A stretch of DNA of 49,110 bases from an uncultured Candidatus Saccharibacteria bacterium (lineage in GTDB: Bacteria; Patescibacteriota; Saccharimonadia; Saccharimonadales; Saccharimonadaceae), in the NCBI GenBank assembly GCA_947302765.1, contig CAMYWN010000001.1, forward strand, positions 1-49,110, given 5' to 3'. Every line of letters starts with the position of its first letter. The stretch's first letter is position 1. Under the pieces are notes generated by a model, which had not been told where the DNA came from, did no database searches, and worked only from the letters and a program-made list of their open reading frames with translations. Shown in pieces: positions 8,142 to 18,263 of this stretch. Made by a program: the position numbers and the translations under genes.

Positions 8142-9365
8142 TTAAATGAGTTTTCTGACTTCACCGGCGAGATGAAAGGAGCCGAGTACAATAAGTGGCA
8201 TTTTTTCCAGACTGGAATCTTCTAGGGCCTTTTGGATGACTTCCGTATAATTTGGATTTACTATTTCGACGCAATTGCTGGAAGAAAAGGCGTTTACAAT
8301 GCGATTTAGGTCTGATTTTTTAAAATCCCCCGGAATGGTTAGGTAGATTTTTTTGAAGAGCTTAGAGTCTATTAGAATAGTCGCCATTTCTTCAACATGC
8401 TTATCATAAGCGCAACTAAAGAGGAGATTGCCGGAGATCTTGTCGCGTCTCATGCGATCGATTACGACTTTGATACTGTTTGCGGTGTGAGCTCCATCAA
8501 TTAGAATAAGCGGCAATGAGTAACCCTCGACGCTACGAACGATTTCGTAGCGGGCTGGCAAGCTGATTTGGTTTAAACCAGTTTTGACTACTTCTTCAGG
8601 AATCTCAGGTAGTACCGTTTTTACTGAGAGTTTAGAAATCATAGCGTCCACAGATCGATAATCTCCGGTTGGTACATAAGTAATTGTAGCCGAGTTGGCT
8701 TGCGCGGCTTTATCTAGAACTTCCGACACCTCCTTTGGCTGTGGGGCGGAAATAATTGGTACACCTGGCTTAAAGACCCCAGATTTTTCGGTAGCAATTT
8801 TCGCGAGAGTATCCCCTAGATATTCAGTATGTTCTAGTTCAATTGGTCCTACAGAAATACATTTTGGCACAATTATATTAGTAGTATCAAGACGCCCACC
8901 CATGCCTACTTCATAAACAGCATAGTCTACTCTAGCTTTTTTAAACACCAACATAGCAAATGTAGTAACTAGTTCAAACCACGTGAGAGCCTCTCGCGAT
9001 AAAGTGCCGTCTTCAATTAGTTTAGCAACACCAGCTTTAAGCTCCGCTTCAGCAGCATAGTAGATATCGGCGGGGAACGGCCCGGCCGCTGAGCAAACTC
9101 GCTCAGTAAAATGGTAGGCGTGAGGGGAAGCATAAATACCAACTTGATACCCTGCTGCGCTCAAAATCTCGGCAATACCAGCCGCAATAGTACCTTTACC
9201 TTTGGAACCAGCCACATGAAAACATGGGCAAGATTTTTCTGGATGCCCAAAGTAATCGCAGAGCTTTGCCATAGTACTTAGATTAAGCATATTCTTATCT
9301 GGACTGCGTTCAAAATTAATGAAACCCGATAACCAGTCGTTTAGCCTGACCAAATCTAAATCCAT
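8142..9365 (-). CDS. folC: Folylpolyglutamate synthase / dihydrofolate synthase family ligase
   Basis: HVAGSKGKGT, YASPH...FTER, EVGMGGRLDTTN, EHTEYLGDTL..IA.EK.G, IDGAH, GSFHLAGEV. Confidence 0.9.
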   Translation of the reverse strand: MDLDLVRLNDWLSGFINFERSPDKNMLNLSTMAKLCDYFGHPEKSCPCFHVAGSKGKGTIAAGIAEILSAAGYQVGIYASPHAYHFTERVCSAAGPFPADIYYAAEAELKAGVAKLIEDGTLSREALTWFELVTTFAMLVFKKARVDYAVYEVGMGGRLDTTNIIVPKCISVGPIELEHTEYLGDTLAKIATEKSGVFKPGVPIISAPQPKEVSEVLDKAAQANSATITYVPTGDYRSVDAMISKLSVKTVLPEIPEEVVKTGLNQISLPARYEIVRSVEGYSLPLILIDGAHTANSIKVVIDRMRRDKISGNLLFSCAYDKHVEEMATILIDSKLFKKIYLTIPGDFKKSDLNRIVNAFSSSNCVEIVNPNYTEVIQKALEDSSLEKMPLIVLGSFHLAGEVRKLI

Positions 9366-9432
9366 GCTCGTATTATACACTATAGGGCTGGTGTTTGGTT
9401 TTTTAAATCAGTGGTGGTATAATTGGCGTATT

Positions 9433-10179
9433 ATGGAGAAGCGGGATAATACTAAGGAAAACAAGAAAAGAAGTGGGCTTAAAACAAAATCTCAAAAACT
9501 CAAAGCCAAGATTTTAAAGTCTTATTACGGCAACCCGCTAAAGGACATGAAATTGGTAGCCATAACAGGTACGACAGGGAAGACCGTGGTAGCTCATTAC
9601 GTGCACGAGATTTTGCGTTCGTCTGGAGAACAAGTGGCTGTACTGGCCAGTGATCAACCTTTTAAGATAGGGATGCTACACAAGTTTTTGAGTGACGCTT
9701 GGAAAGCTGGAGCAAACGTAGTGATTGTAACTGTTCCCGCCGAGGGGTTGAGAGATAACGTATTCTTTGGTTTACCCGTAACCGTGGCGGCTATGACAAA
9801 CTTTGTAAATGCGGGGCTTGACGATATGACTTCAGAAGAGTACTTGGAATGCGAAAAGACGCTTTTTGATATGAAGCCACAGATAGTAGTTTTGAATAAG
9901 GATGATGCGAATTACGAGGCTTTTGCACATTTTAGAGGTGAGCAGTCTACCGCTTGCTACGGACTAACTGGTGCTGATGTAAAAATCTTAAATTCTAAGC
10001 TTTATCCGAAAGGTACCGAGGCGACTTTGTCGATTAATACTGAGATTGCAACCGTAGCAACTTTTGTGACAGGGGAAACCGCGGTGTCATATATGGCATG
10101 CGCCGCCACTATAGCCAACGAATTAGGAATTCCTGTCCAAAATATCATCGATGGGATCGCAGAGTACAATCCTGAATAA
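9433..10179 (+). CDS. Truncated/degenerate Mur-ligase central-domain protein
   Basis: MKLVAITGTTGKT P-loop, VLNKDD, ends IIDGIAEY; no C-terminal Mur domain. Confidence 0.75.
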   Translation: MEKRDNTKENKKRSGLKTKSQKLKAKILKSYYGNPLKDMKLVAITGTTGKTVVAHYVHEILRSSGEQVAVLASDQPFKIGMLHKFLSDAWKAGANVVIVTVPAEGLRDNVFFGLPVTVAAMTNFVNAGLDDMTSEEYLECEKTLFDMKPQIVVLNKDDANYEAFAHFRGEQSTACYGLTGADVKILNSKLYPKGTEATLSINTEIATVATFVTGETAVSYMACAATIANELGIPVQNIIDGIAEYNPE

Positions 10180-10242
10180 TATTATTGTGCGCTTTGATCA
10201 AAAAATATACAATATGCTTTAGAATGAATATCTAGGTAGTGA

Positions 10243-11505
10243 TTATGGCTTACTGAATTTTTTCTGAAGGATTTTTTGAGCAACTTTAATATCTTCAAAA
10301 GGGTGCGGGCCGTCAGCGCGGAGAATGGTTTTTTCGTGGCCTTTGCCTAAAATTAAAATTACGTCGTCCTTTTTGGCTAAATCCAATGCCTGCTCGATAG
10401 CCTTCTCGCGGTTTAGTTCTATGAAAAGATTTTGGTTAAGAGTTTTACCAGCCTTAGTTGCCCCTTCAATGAAGCCGGCGGCGATCAGATCAGGATCTTC
10501 ATCACGAGAGTCATCTTCGGTAATAATCACAATATCTGAATATTTTGCTAAGATTTCGCCACGAATCGGGCGAGTAGAAGGGTCCCTTCGACCGGCGCCA
10601 CCGTGGACTGAGATAATTCTACCGCGATGATTCCCAAGGGAGGAAAAAACCTTTTCTAGGGCGTCTGGAGCATGAGCGTAATCTACGATAACTTTGAATG
10701 GTTGGCCTTCGTCTATAATTGTCATGCGGCCTTCAACGCTTTCTAGCGACTTGATACCGCTTGATATTTCTTGGTTGGTTAGACCTAGTTTTTGTCCAAC
10801 TAGAGCGGCGGCTAGGGAATTGTAGACGTTAAATTCCCCCGGGAGGTTTGTTGTGATTTTTATATCACCAAGTGAATATTTTACCCCACTAGGCGAAAGT
10901 TTGATGTTTTCTGCACGATTTCTACCTTTTTTAATACCATAGGTGGTATAATCTTTGGCAATCTTTTGATAGTAGCCACACGAGGAATCGTCAGCGTTCA
11001 AAATACTAAAATCGGCTTTTCTGATAAGCTTTCCTTTGGCGGCGCGATATTTTGCAATGGTTTTGTGGTAGTCTAGATGTTCGTGGGTTAAATTTGTGAA
11101 GACAGCAATCTCGATCGGAATATTAAGAATCCGGAATTCAGCTAGGGCGTGAGACGTAATCTCGAGTACGAGGTATTCCGCACCTGAGTCGGCTATCTCG
11201 CGAATCCTACGGTTTAGCGTAAAAGAGTCGGAAGTTGTCATATGATTTAGTTCTGGTTTGATTTTATCGACACCCCAAGCGATTGTCGTCATAAGCCCAG
11301 CTTTTCTGCCAGAGTGATTGAGCATTTGCCAAATCATAAAACAGGTAGTAGATTTACCATTAGTACCCGTTACGCCAATAACGTGAAGTTTTCTGCCAGG
11401 AAACTTATAAACTAGACCCGAGACGACTGATTGGGCATAGTGATAAGGGAGCACAGCGGTATTATAAAATGGTAGTTTCTCTAATTGCTTTTTGAGGTTT
11501 TGCAT
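10243..11505 (-). CDS. murE: UDP-MurNAc-tripeptide synthetase (MurE-like, lacking the usual N-terminal domain)
   Basis: IGVTGTNGKSTT, VLEITSHAL, FTNLTHEHLDYH, VEGRM, VIVDYAHAPDAL, LGKGHE. Confidence 0.88.
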   Translation of the reverse strand: MQNLKKQLEKLPFYNTAVLPYHYAQSVVSGLVYKFPGRKLHVIGVTGTNGKSTTCFMIWQMLNHSGRKAGLMTTIAWGVDKIKPELNHMTTSDSFTLNRRIREIADSGAEYLVLEITSHALAEFRILNIPIEIAVFTNLTHEHLDYHKTIAKYRAAKGKLIRKADFSILNADDSSCGYYQKIAKDYTTYGIKKGRNRAENIKLSPSGVKYSLGDIKITTNLPGEFNVYNSLAAALVGQKLGLTNQEISSGIKSLESVEGRMTIIDEGQPFKVIVDYAHAPDALEKVFSSLGNHRGRIISVHGGAGRRDPSTRPIRGEILAKYSDIVIITEDDSRDEDPDLIAAGFIEGATKAGKTLNQNLFIELNREKAIEQALDLAKKDDVILILGKGHEKTILRADGPHPFEDIKVAQKILQKKFSKP

Positions 11506-11512
11506 AATGATC

Positions 11513-12745
11513 CTAACGGTAATGCTTAAGTGAATCGATTGGATTCCTAGATGCTGCCTTGATGGCTGGATAAATACCGAAAATGATACCAATAGCCAAG
11601 GTAGTTAAGAAGCTGATTGCAATAATCTCTAGGCTTACGTATGGCGAAAAAGGCGTAATAATTGAAAGTAGGAATGCTAAGGTATATCCTAAGACTAGAC
11701 CGAAGAATCCGCCTAATATTGATAGAATAAGCGCCTCAAAGAGGAATTGCATAAGAATGTTACGACTAGAGGCTCCGACCGCTTTTCTGACGCCAATTTC
11801 ATGCGTACGTTCCGCCACAGAAACAAGCATAATATTCATCACACCAATGCCACCAACCACTAACGAAATGGCGGCTACGGTCGTTAACATTCCAGATATT
11901 ACAACAAATAGTGAGCTAGCTGGGTGAGTAATATCTTCGCCGTAGGCAACTGAGAAGTTTTGATCGCCTTGCTTGTGTTCTGTAAGAGTCCTTTCGATAT
12001 TTGACGAAATTTGACTAAGGCTGTCTGTGTTCTCAGCCTTGATATTAATCTGTTGGATCTGAGTAGAACCTGTAATCTTGTCTAGACTATCGATATCTAC
12101 GATTAGAGCATTATCAAAGTCAACATTATCAAAACTGATGGATTTTTCTACCTCGTCCAGCACTCCAACTACCATAAACTTTTCTCCCATAATAGTAATA
12201 GTTTTACCTACGGTGCTATTAATAGTATTGAATAAAGCCAGCGAAAGCGTGTGTCCCAAGACAACGGAATTCTCGTGATTACTTTCCGTGAGGAAGGCGC
12301 CGTAATGTAAAGAGAGAGGTTCGATTTTGATAAAATCGAGGTTGGTACCTAGGACTGTCACCGACGAAAACGTGTTTTTCTCAGAGGAAACCGTATTAGT
12401 AGAAACAGCGATGGGGGCGACAGCTGTAATGTGTTCAACCTCTGAAATAGCCTTAACATCAGATACGGTAAGATTAGATTTCTGGAACGAATTTGCTGAC
12501 GTCAACTCCTCAACTAGACTGGTAACAGAATCTTTAGTGGAGCTAGGGCGGACTACAAGAAGATCGGAACCAATTTCACCGATTTCATCGTGAATAAGTT
12601 GCGAAATACTACCCGTGAGCGAAAGAATCAGGCTTATACTAGCTACACCAATCGCTATACCGAGACAAGTAAGAAATGACCTGGTGCGATTTTCTTTAAT
12701 AGCGGCTTTAGCAAGTTTGAGATGATTTTTTAAAAGCAGTGCCAT
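11513..12745 (-). CDS. ABC transporter permease, MacB/FtsX family
   Basis: RSFLTCLGIAIGVAS; SLVVGGIGVMNIMLVSVAERTHEIGVRKAVGA; YPA.KAA..NPIDSL. Confidence 0.93.
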   Translation of the reverse strand: MALLLKNHLKLAKAAIKENRTRSFLTCLGIAIGVASISLILSLTGSISQLIHDEIGEIGSDLLVVRPSSTKDSVTSLVEELTSANSFQKSNLTVSDVKAISEVEHITAVAPIAVSTNTVSSEKNTFSSVTVLGTNLDFIKIEPLSLHYGAFLTESNHENSVVLGHTLSLALFNTINSTVGKTITIMGEKFMVVGVLDEVEKSISFDNVDFDNALIVDIDSLDKITGSTQIQQINIKAENTDSLSQISSNIERTLTEHKQGDQNFSVAYGEDITHPASSLFVVISGMLTTVAAISLVVGGIGVMNIMLVSVAERTHEIGVRKAVGASSRNILMQFLFEALILSILGGFFGLVLGYTLAFLLSIITPFSPYVSLEIIAISFLTTLAIGIIFGIYPAIKAASRNPIDSLKHYR

Positions 12746-13569
12746 TATTGCCTCCTCCTGGATTTTTTACGCTTTTTCGTTTTTTTATCTTCGTCAGTGT
12801 CAATCGAAATAAAACCTTCCTGTTGTTGTTTTTTCTTCTTAATCTTGACACTGATTGGTTGCGGAAGGTTAGCATCGGCGACGGTTTTTATATCTGTATC
12901 AATCTGCCCGTCTAACATATTAATGACGCGAGTAGCATAGGAAGTTAAAGAGGGGTTATGTGTCACCATAATAATAGTGTTGCCTTCTTCATGGATGGCT
13001 TTAAGCTCTTCCATGACGATATGTGAAGCGCGGGAATCGAGATTACCAGTAGGCTCATCTGCTAGAATGATTTCCGGATCACTAACGATGGCACGCGCGA
13101 TAGCGACACGCTGTTGTTGCCCACCAGATAATTGATAAGGGAAATAATACTCTCTTTCTTCTAGATGGAACCTTTTGAGGGCGGTTGAAGCATTTTTTAA
13201 GCGAATCGTTTTAGAGTAGCCAGCATAGACTAGTGGCAGAGCGACGTTTTCGATAATAGGTAAATCTTCGATAAGGTTGAAATTCTGAAAAACAAAACCG
13301 ATTTTTTTAGCACGGAGTTTGGCTTGGCGACGAGCAGAAATTCCAGCAACATCTTCGCCATTTAGAACATACTCACCCTTAGTGGCGCGATCTAAGAGAC
13401 CGATAATATTTAACAGGGTGGTTTTACCACAACCAGATGGGCCCATAATCATAATGAACTCACCACGTTTGATCGTAAGATCGAAATCTTTTAGTGCAAA
13501 CGATTCCGTATCTCCGTAACCATACCTCTTGGTTAAGCCTTTTAGTTCGATTAGTATGTTCTCGCTCAC
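12745..13569 (-). CDS. ABC transporter ATP-binding protein (MacB/LolD family)
   Basis: [46 protein letters not shown] start with GGAG RBS; basic C-terminal tail. Confidence 0.95.
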   Translation of the reverse strand: MSENILIELKGLTKRYGYGDTESFALKDFDLTIKRGEFIMIMGPSGCGKTTLLNIIGLLDRATKGEYVLNGEDVAGISARRQAKLRAKKIGFVFQNFNLIEDLPIIENVALPLVYAGYSKTIRLKNASTALKRFHLEEREYYFPYQLSGGQQQRVAIARAIVSDPEIILADEPTGNLDSRASHIVMEELKAIHEEGNTIIMVTHNPSLTSYATRVINMLDGQIDTDIKTVADANLPQPISVKIKKKKQQQEGFISIDTDEDKKTKKRKKSRRRQ

Positions 13570-13593
13570 TTTTTCTCCATGTTTTTATCATTT

Positions 13594-13683
13594 TGGCGGA
13601 AAGGACAGGATTTGAACCTGCGAAAGAGTTGCCCCTTTACACGCTTTCCAAGCGTGCGCCTTAAACCACTCGGCCACCTTTCC
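13594..13683 (-). tRNA. tRNA-Ser (anticodon GGA)
   Basis: GGAAAGGTGGCCGAGTGG...CACGC-TTGGAAA-GCGTG, long variable arm, GGTTCAAATCC, GCCA end. Confidence 0.96.
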
Positions 13684-13746
13684 GTCTTAGACTAATTCTA
13701 CCACGGATGATGCGCAAAATGTAGAAAAATATAATAAAGGCTTAGA

Positions 13747-14967
13747 TTATTTTAAAGAAAGTACGGTGAGATTTTCGATATGTGGGGTATGCGGGAAAAA
13801 GTTGTAGGTTTTGATGGTCTTGATGCGATACTTTGTTAGAAGTTGTTTAACGTCGCGGGCCTGCGTGGCGGGATTGCAAGATAAGTAAATAACCGTGGCA
13901 GGACATGTTTCAAGAAGCTTATTGATGAGTTTACTATCACATCCAGAGCGCGGAGGGTCAAGGATAATTGTTTGATTAGGTTTTAGGTATTCGGTTACAT
14001 TCTCTGATTTGTCAAGAATAGCGGTAAGGTTACCGTGCCTAATGGTTGTTTGACTAGGATAAAGGGAATCCATTTCTTTTATAGGTTCGATAGTCGCATT
14101 ACGAGTTGTGATATTATTTGCTAGTTCACGGAAAGCGTTTTTGTCTACTTCTACTAATGTAAGGTTAGTATCTCTTGCTACGGAAAGACCAATAGTGCCG
14201 ACACCAGCGTAGAGATCTAACACTTCATCCGTAGCGATGTGCTCAGCAATTTCATGAAGGGCCAATTCGTAAACCGGAAGATTAATTTGAAAGAAGCCGT
14301 TCGGTGAATATGAGTATCCATATCCAGCAACGAGGTCTCGGAGATTAGGGAAAATAGGGTGTGGCTGGCGGTTTTCGTAGAGACCACCTGATACTTCACC
14401 ATTTTGATTACATCTTAGGAGAAGGGATTGATATTTTCGCGCTTCTTCGTGGGTACTATTAAGTTGATTAACGATATCTGTGGCCTTTTGAAAAATTTCG
14501 GGGCGCTCTAAGCTTGAATGATCGATTGGGATTTTGCGATGAGTGCCGCGTTGGTGAAAGGATAGTTTAATAATTGCTTCTTCTTTATCCCAATAAAGAG
14601 AGTACTCCATTTTGTTACGATAAAAATATTCTTTATTATCTGTAATTATTTCGGGTAAAGGAATATTAATTTGATGTTCGCGAAAGATTTCGACAACTAG
14701 AGATTGTTTAAGAGACAATTCGTATTGATAGTCAAGAATTTGCCAAGGGGAGGTGGAAAGCCAGCAAGCGTCTTTTGGTTGAACGCGGTGTGGAGACGAA
14801 TTTTCGATAGTCTGCGCAATTGCTTCGACAAAATGCGACTTTGTTTTGGTGACAGTATAATCTTTTACCACTTCACCGGGTAAAGCTCCCCAAAGAAAAA
14901 TCTTTTTACCGTCGGGTAAGGTTGCTAAAGCTTGTCCGCCTGGAATAATTTTTTCTATTTGAATCAT
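13747..14967 (-). CDS. RlmD/TrmA-family RNA (uracil-5)-methyltransferase
   Basis: TRAM-like start (GALPGE), YRNKME, FFQIN, VLDLYAGVGTIGL, LDPPRSG, YLSCNPATQARD, FFPHTPHIE. Confidence 0.92.
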   Translation of the reverse strand: MIQIEKIIPGGQALATLPDGKKIFLWGALPGEVVKDYTVTKTKSHFVEAIAQTIENSSPHRVQPKDACWLSTSPWQILDYQYELSLKQSLVVEIFREHQINIPLPEIITDNKEYFYRNKMEYSLYWDKEEAIIKLSFHQRGTHRKIPIDHSSLERPEIFQKATDIVNQLNSTHEEARKYQSLLLRCNQNGEVSGGLYENRQPHPIFPNLRDLVAGYGYSYSPNGFFQINLPVYELALHEIAEHIATDEVLDLYAGVGTIGLSVARDTNLTLVEVDKNAFRELANNITTRNATIEPIKEMDSLYPSQTTIRHGNLTAILDKSENVTEYLKPNQTIILDPPRSGCDSKLINKLLETCPATVIYLSCNPATQARDVKQLLTKYRIKTIKTYNFFPHTPHIENLTVLSLK

Positions 14968-15045
14968 TGGTAGTAATTATAACATGCTACCTATCCATAG
15001 GGGTGGCCTTTTATTTTTGAGGATTCGTGTTATAATATTGTTAAG

Positions 15046-17259
15046 ATGTCGTCAAACATGTTATTAGCGAGCGAACGAAGCGCTATTAGTGGGAAACCTT
15101 TTAAAGCAAACGTAAAAGGGAAGAGGTCGGCCAAAAATGGGCGAAAAAAGAAGAAATCTCTTGGTGCCTTGGCGTCGATTATTATCGTAGTGTTTTTGGC
15201 GGGATTTTTCTTCGTGCCGGCATATATGATACCGTCGATGATTATGGAGAGGCTAATCGAAGAGTTTGACATACAATGGGCGGATGCGGTAGAGAGCAAA
15301 ATAATTGTTTTTAAAGAAGCACTAAAAAATGGGGCGATCCCTAAGGTAACTGCTGGCTTTTTAAAGAATTATAATGTATTGGTTGGCTATATTAAGAATG
15401 GTGAGTTTATGGAGGGGTATGAAAATAAAGATGGTGGTAACTTAGTATTAAAGTCTGGTGAAGAAATTATTACACCAGAGAAGTTTGTTGAAAAAATCCA
15501 TAGCGACGTTGGATTATATAATGCATTTAATCAAGCGACCTACTCTAGGTCGGCATATTATTATGACGATTCGGCATATGAAGCATTGAAGGATATTTCG
15601 AGCAGGAATAATTTTACGAGCGATTCGGATTTTAATGAAGTAATGGATTCCTTAATGGGGAGTGGAAGCGATATTGCAGTAAATAGTGTCTCAGTCGTAG
15701 AGGAAGAAACTGAAGACGGTGTAGAGATTAAGTATGTAGAAAACGGAGAAGCCGGTAGCTCAAAGAATGATGCTTGGGAGTTTATTAATGCCGCCACCGC
15801 CAAAAGTACTGGGGCTGACAGAAATTCTGCAACATTAAACTCAGCGAGTGTATTAAATATAGCTGACACTATTTCGAAGGAAACAAGATCGCAGAGTTTT
15901 TATCTAGGTACTATGGAGAACTTTAGTAAAATGAAGGCAGGTGACGGAGGTGATTCGCAGATTATGGAGTCGCTGAGTAATCTTTTTGAAACAAAAACAA
16001 ACGAAGTATTTGACGTAAAATCAGGGAAGGTAGTTAAAGTAGAGGGTAGCGCGCTAGAATCACCAAGTCTTTACGCGGTCTTAACCAAAAAGGATGTGAA
16101 CGCCGAGGAGGTGGCAAACTATAGCTCGGATAGAATACTAAAAACCGTGGAGGGCAAATTGGAGGGGGCGAATGGTTACGGAGCGATTACTAGCAATACT
16201 GTGTCAACTTCTGCTAATTCAGTAAAAGGTAAAATCGGCAGACTAGCCGATGGCGATGCGACAGGAGATCAGGAAATCGTAGGCGCCGTAGCACCAGTAA
16301 TACAAGGCTCGCTTGTAGATAATTCCTATAAAACTATTAATGGTGTACCGGCTGGGGAGTTTTTAGTTGAGGGAGCCATCAACGTAGGGAACAAGCTGGC
16401 TAAGATGAGTGGCGGAACTGTTGGCGACGAGGAGGCGGTACTGGCATATATGAACCTCAATAACGAAATTATCGCGCTTGATGCAAAAGCAGATAGGTTA
16501 AACAGAAGCCCTTTTGATATTACCTCAAAAAATACCTTCCTTGGTTCGATTGTATATAATTTTGGAATTTCCATGGGACATACGTGGTCGAGCGGTTTTT
16601 CAAAAAGTATGGCGTTTACAAATGTAGCCTCCAAATCTATAGCTAGCATCTTCCCAACAACGCGAGCCGATAGCGTCTCTGGATATCTTTCAAAATTTGG
16701 TGACTGCGAATCGCTCAGTACGATTGGGGCGGTCGGCACTCTACAGTGTGCGAGAACTATAGTCTTTGACACTTCTACATTAAACGATCCATACAATAAT
16801 CCGGAGTTTTTAGATTATGTCGAAAGGAACACTACGGTTGACTCTTCGGGCAACTATACGATAAATAAAGATTCCCATCTCGCCAGTTTTATGAAAAATT
16901 CCGTCAAGCGAAATACACCTGATGGATTAATTGACGCCGGGATATTAAGTGCTATAGAGAACAGGTCATCTTCGATTCCTTTTGTGTCTGATTTTGCTAG
17001 TATGGTAAAAAGTTTACTGGGTGCTTCCGAACAGGATAAAAGAATAGCCTCCGGTGCAGCTTTTGTAAACTCCAAATATAATGCGGATTGGGTAGAGAAT
17101 AAATATGCTCAACGTTTTGTATCGATTGCGCGAGCAATAGCATTATTGAAGAAAACAGCCGATGACGACCTGGCTTATAGCCGTATTAAGTTCTTTGGTG
17201 GGTCAGAAAACCCCGTTATGGCTTTTATAGATGAGCTTGACGAGGTGGCGGAAAAATAA
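15046..17259 (+). CDS. Large hypothetical membrane-anchored protein
   Basis: 737-aa ORF, basic N-terminus followed by one TM helix; TGTTATAAT 9 nt upstream; no motif recognised. Confidence 0.8.
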   Translation: MSSNMLLASERSAISGKPFKANVKGKRSAKNGRKKKKSLGALASIIIVVFLAGFFFVPAYMIPSMIMERLIEEFDIQWADAVESKIIVFKEALKNGAIPKVTAGFLKNYNVLVGYIKNGEFMEGYENKDGGNLVLKSGEEIITPEKFVEKIHSDVGLYNAFNQATYSRSAYYYDDSAYEALKDISSRNNFTSDSDFNEVMDSLMGSGSDIAVNSVSVVEEETEDGVEIKYVENGEAGSSKNDAWEFINAATAKSTGADRNSATLNSASVLNIADTISKETRSQSFYLGTMENFSKMKAGDGGDSQIMESLSNLFETKTNEVFDVKSGKVVKVEGSALESPSLYAVLTKKDVNAEEVANYSSDRILKTVEGKLEGANGYGAITSNTVSTSANSVKGKIGRLADGDATGDQEIVGAVAPVIQGSLVDNSYKTINGVPAGEFLVEGAINVGNKLAKMSGGTVGDEEAVLAYMNLNNEIIALDAKADRLNRSPFDITSKNTFLGSIVYNFGISMGHTWSSGFSKSMAFTNVASKSIASIFPTTRADSVSGYLSKFGDCESLSTIGAVGTLQCARTIVFDTSTLNDPYNNPEFLDYVERNTTVDSSGNYTINKDSHLASFMKNSVKRNTPDGLIDAGILSAIENRSSSIPFVSDFASMVKSLLGASEQDKRIASGAAFVNSKYNADWVENKYAQRFVSIARAIALLKKTADDDLAYSRIKFFGGSENPVMAFIDELDEVAEK

Positions 17260-17261
17260 GT

Positions 17262-18263
17262 TTAAACCTCGACGTCTTCTACGCTAGTAATAATGATTTG
17301 GTTGTCTTTGAAGTTTTTCGTTAAGGCCTTTCTTCTGACTGGATCAAGTTCAGAAAAAACATCATCTAGGAGGATTATGGGGTATATGTGGGTTTTTTGG
17401 TAAATTTGGTTAGCTTCAATAAATTTAAGAGCTAGGATAATTGAGCGAGTTTCTCCCCTAGAAGCGGAGCCATTGGCTACTTTTTGGTTGAAATCAAAAA
17501 CATAGTCGTCGCGATGGATACCGAAACTCGTGTGGCCAAGGTAGGAGTCTTTTTCGAAATTTTGTTCGAGTTGTTTGAGGTAATCTTCTTGTTTAAAGCT
17601 ATTCAGGTCGGTCTTATAGTAGATATGAATTTCATCTTGGTTCTCGGCGATAGATTGATAAACATTAGTGATTCTTTGATTGAATTCTTCGACACACTTG
17701 AAGCGTTCCCGCAGAATCTGAATGCCATACTCAGAGAGGAGGATATTCCACGAAAATAAGTCTTCCTTGGTATGATGTTCTTTTTTTAATAATTCATTGC
17801 GCTGCCTTAACGCTTTTTCGTATTTTGAGAGATTTGAGCTGTGGCTCTCATTAATTTGGCTAATGATTTGATCGAAATAATCACGGCGACGACCAGGGGA
17901 GTGACTGATAAGGTTGAGGTCGGAGGGAAGAAATAAAACGATCGGTTGTTTGTAGTTTTTGGGGAGACGTTTGGTTTTTTTGTCTTCTATATGGAAGACT
18001 TTTTGGTTACCGTCATAGGTGGCAAATATTTTCTCGCCACTATTATATTCGAGTTCAATGCGATAAAAGTTACTACCGCGGTTTAAAATCTCGGGGTCGG
18101 TTGCTCTGAAGCTTTTTCCTCTCGTGAGAATGTAGATTGCCTCTAAAATTGAGGTTTTACCGAAGCCGTTGCTGCCAAGAATTAAAGTAATATTAGGTTT
18201 GCACTCGAGGTTATAATTCTTGTGATTACGAAAGTTGGTGAGTTTGATATCTTTAATAATCAT
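17262..18263 (-). CDS. recF: DNA replication/repair protein RecF
   Basis: NFRNH, GSNGFGKTSILEAI, RRDYFD, GIHRDD, ASRGE, PIILLDDVFSELD; downstream of dnaN. Confidence 0.95.
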   Translation of the reverse strand: MIIKDIKLTNFRNHKNYNLECKPNITLILGSNGFGKTSILEAIYILTRGKSFRATDPEILNRGSNFYRIELEYNSGEKIFATYDGNQKVFHIEDKKTKRLPKNYKQPIVLFLPSDLNLISHSPGRRRDYFDQIISQINESHSSNLSKYEKALRQRNELLKKEHHTKEDLFSWNILLSEYGIQILRERFKCVEEFNQRITNVYQSIAENQDEIHIYYKTDLNSFKQEDYLKQLEQNFEKDSYLGHTSFGIHRDDYVFDFNQKVANGSASRGETRSIILALKFIEANQIYQKTHIYPIILLDDVFSELDPVRRKALTKNFKDNQIIITSVEDVEV

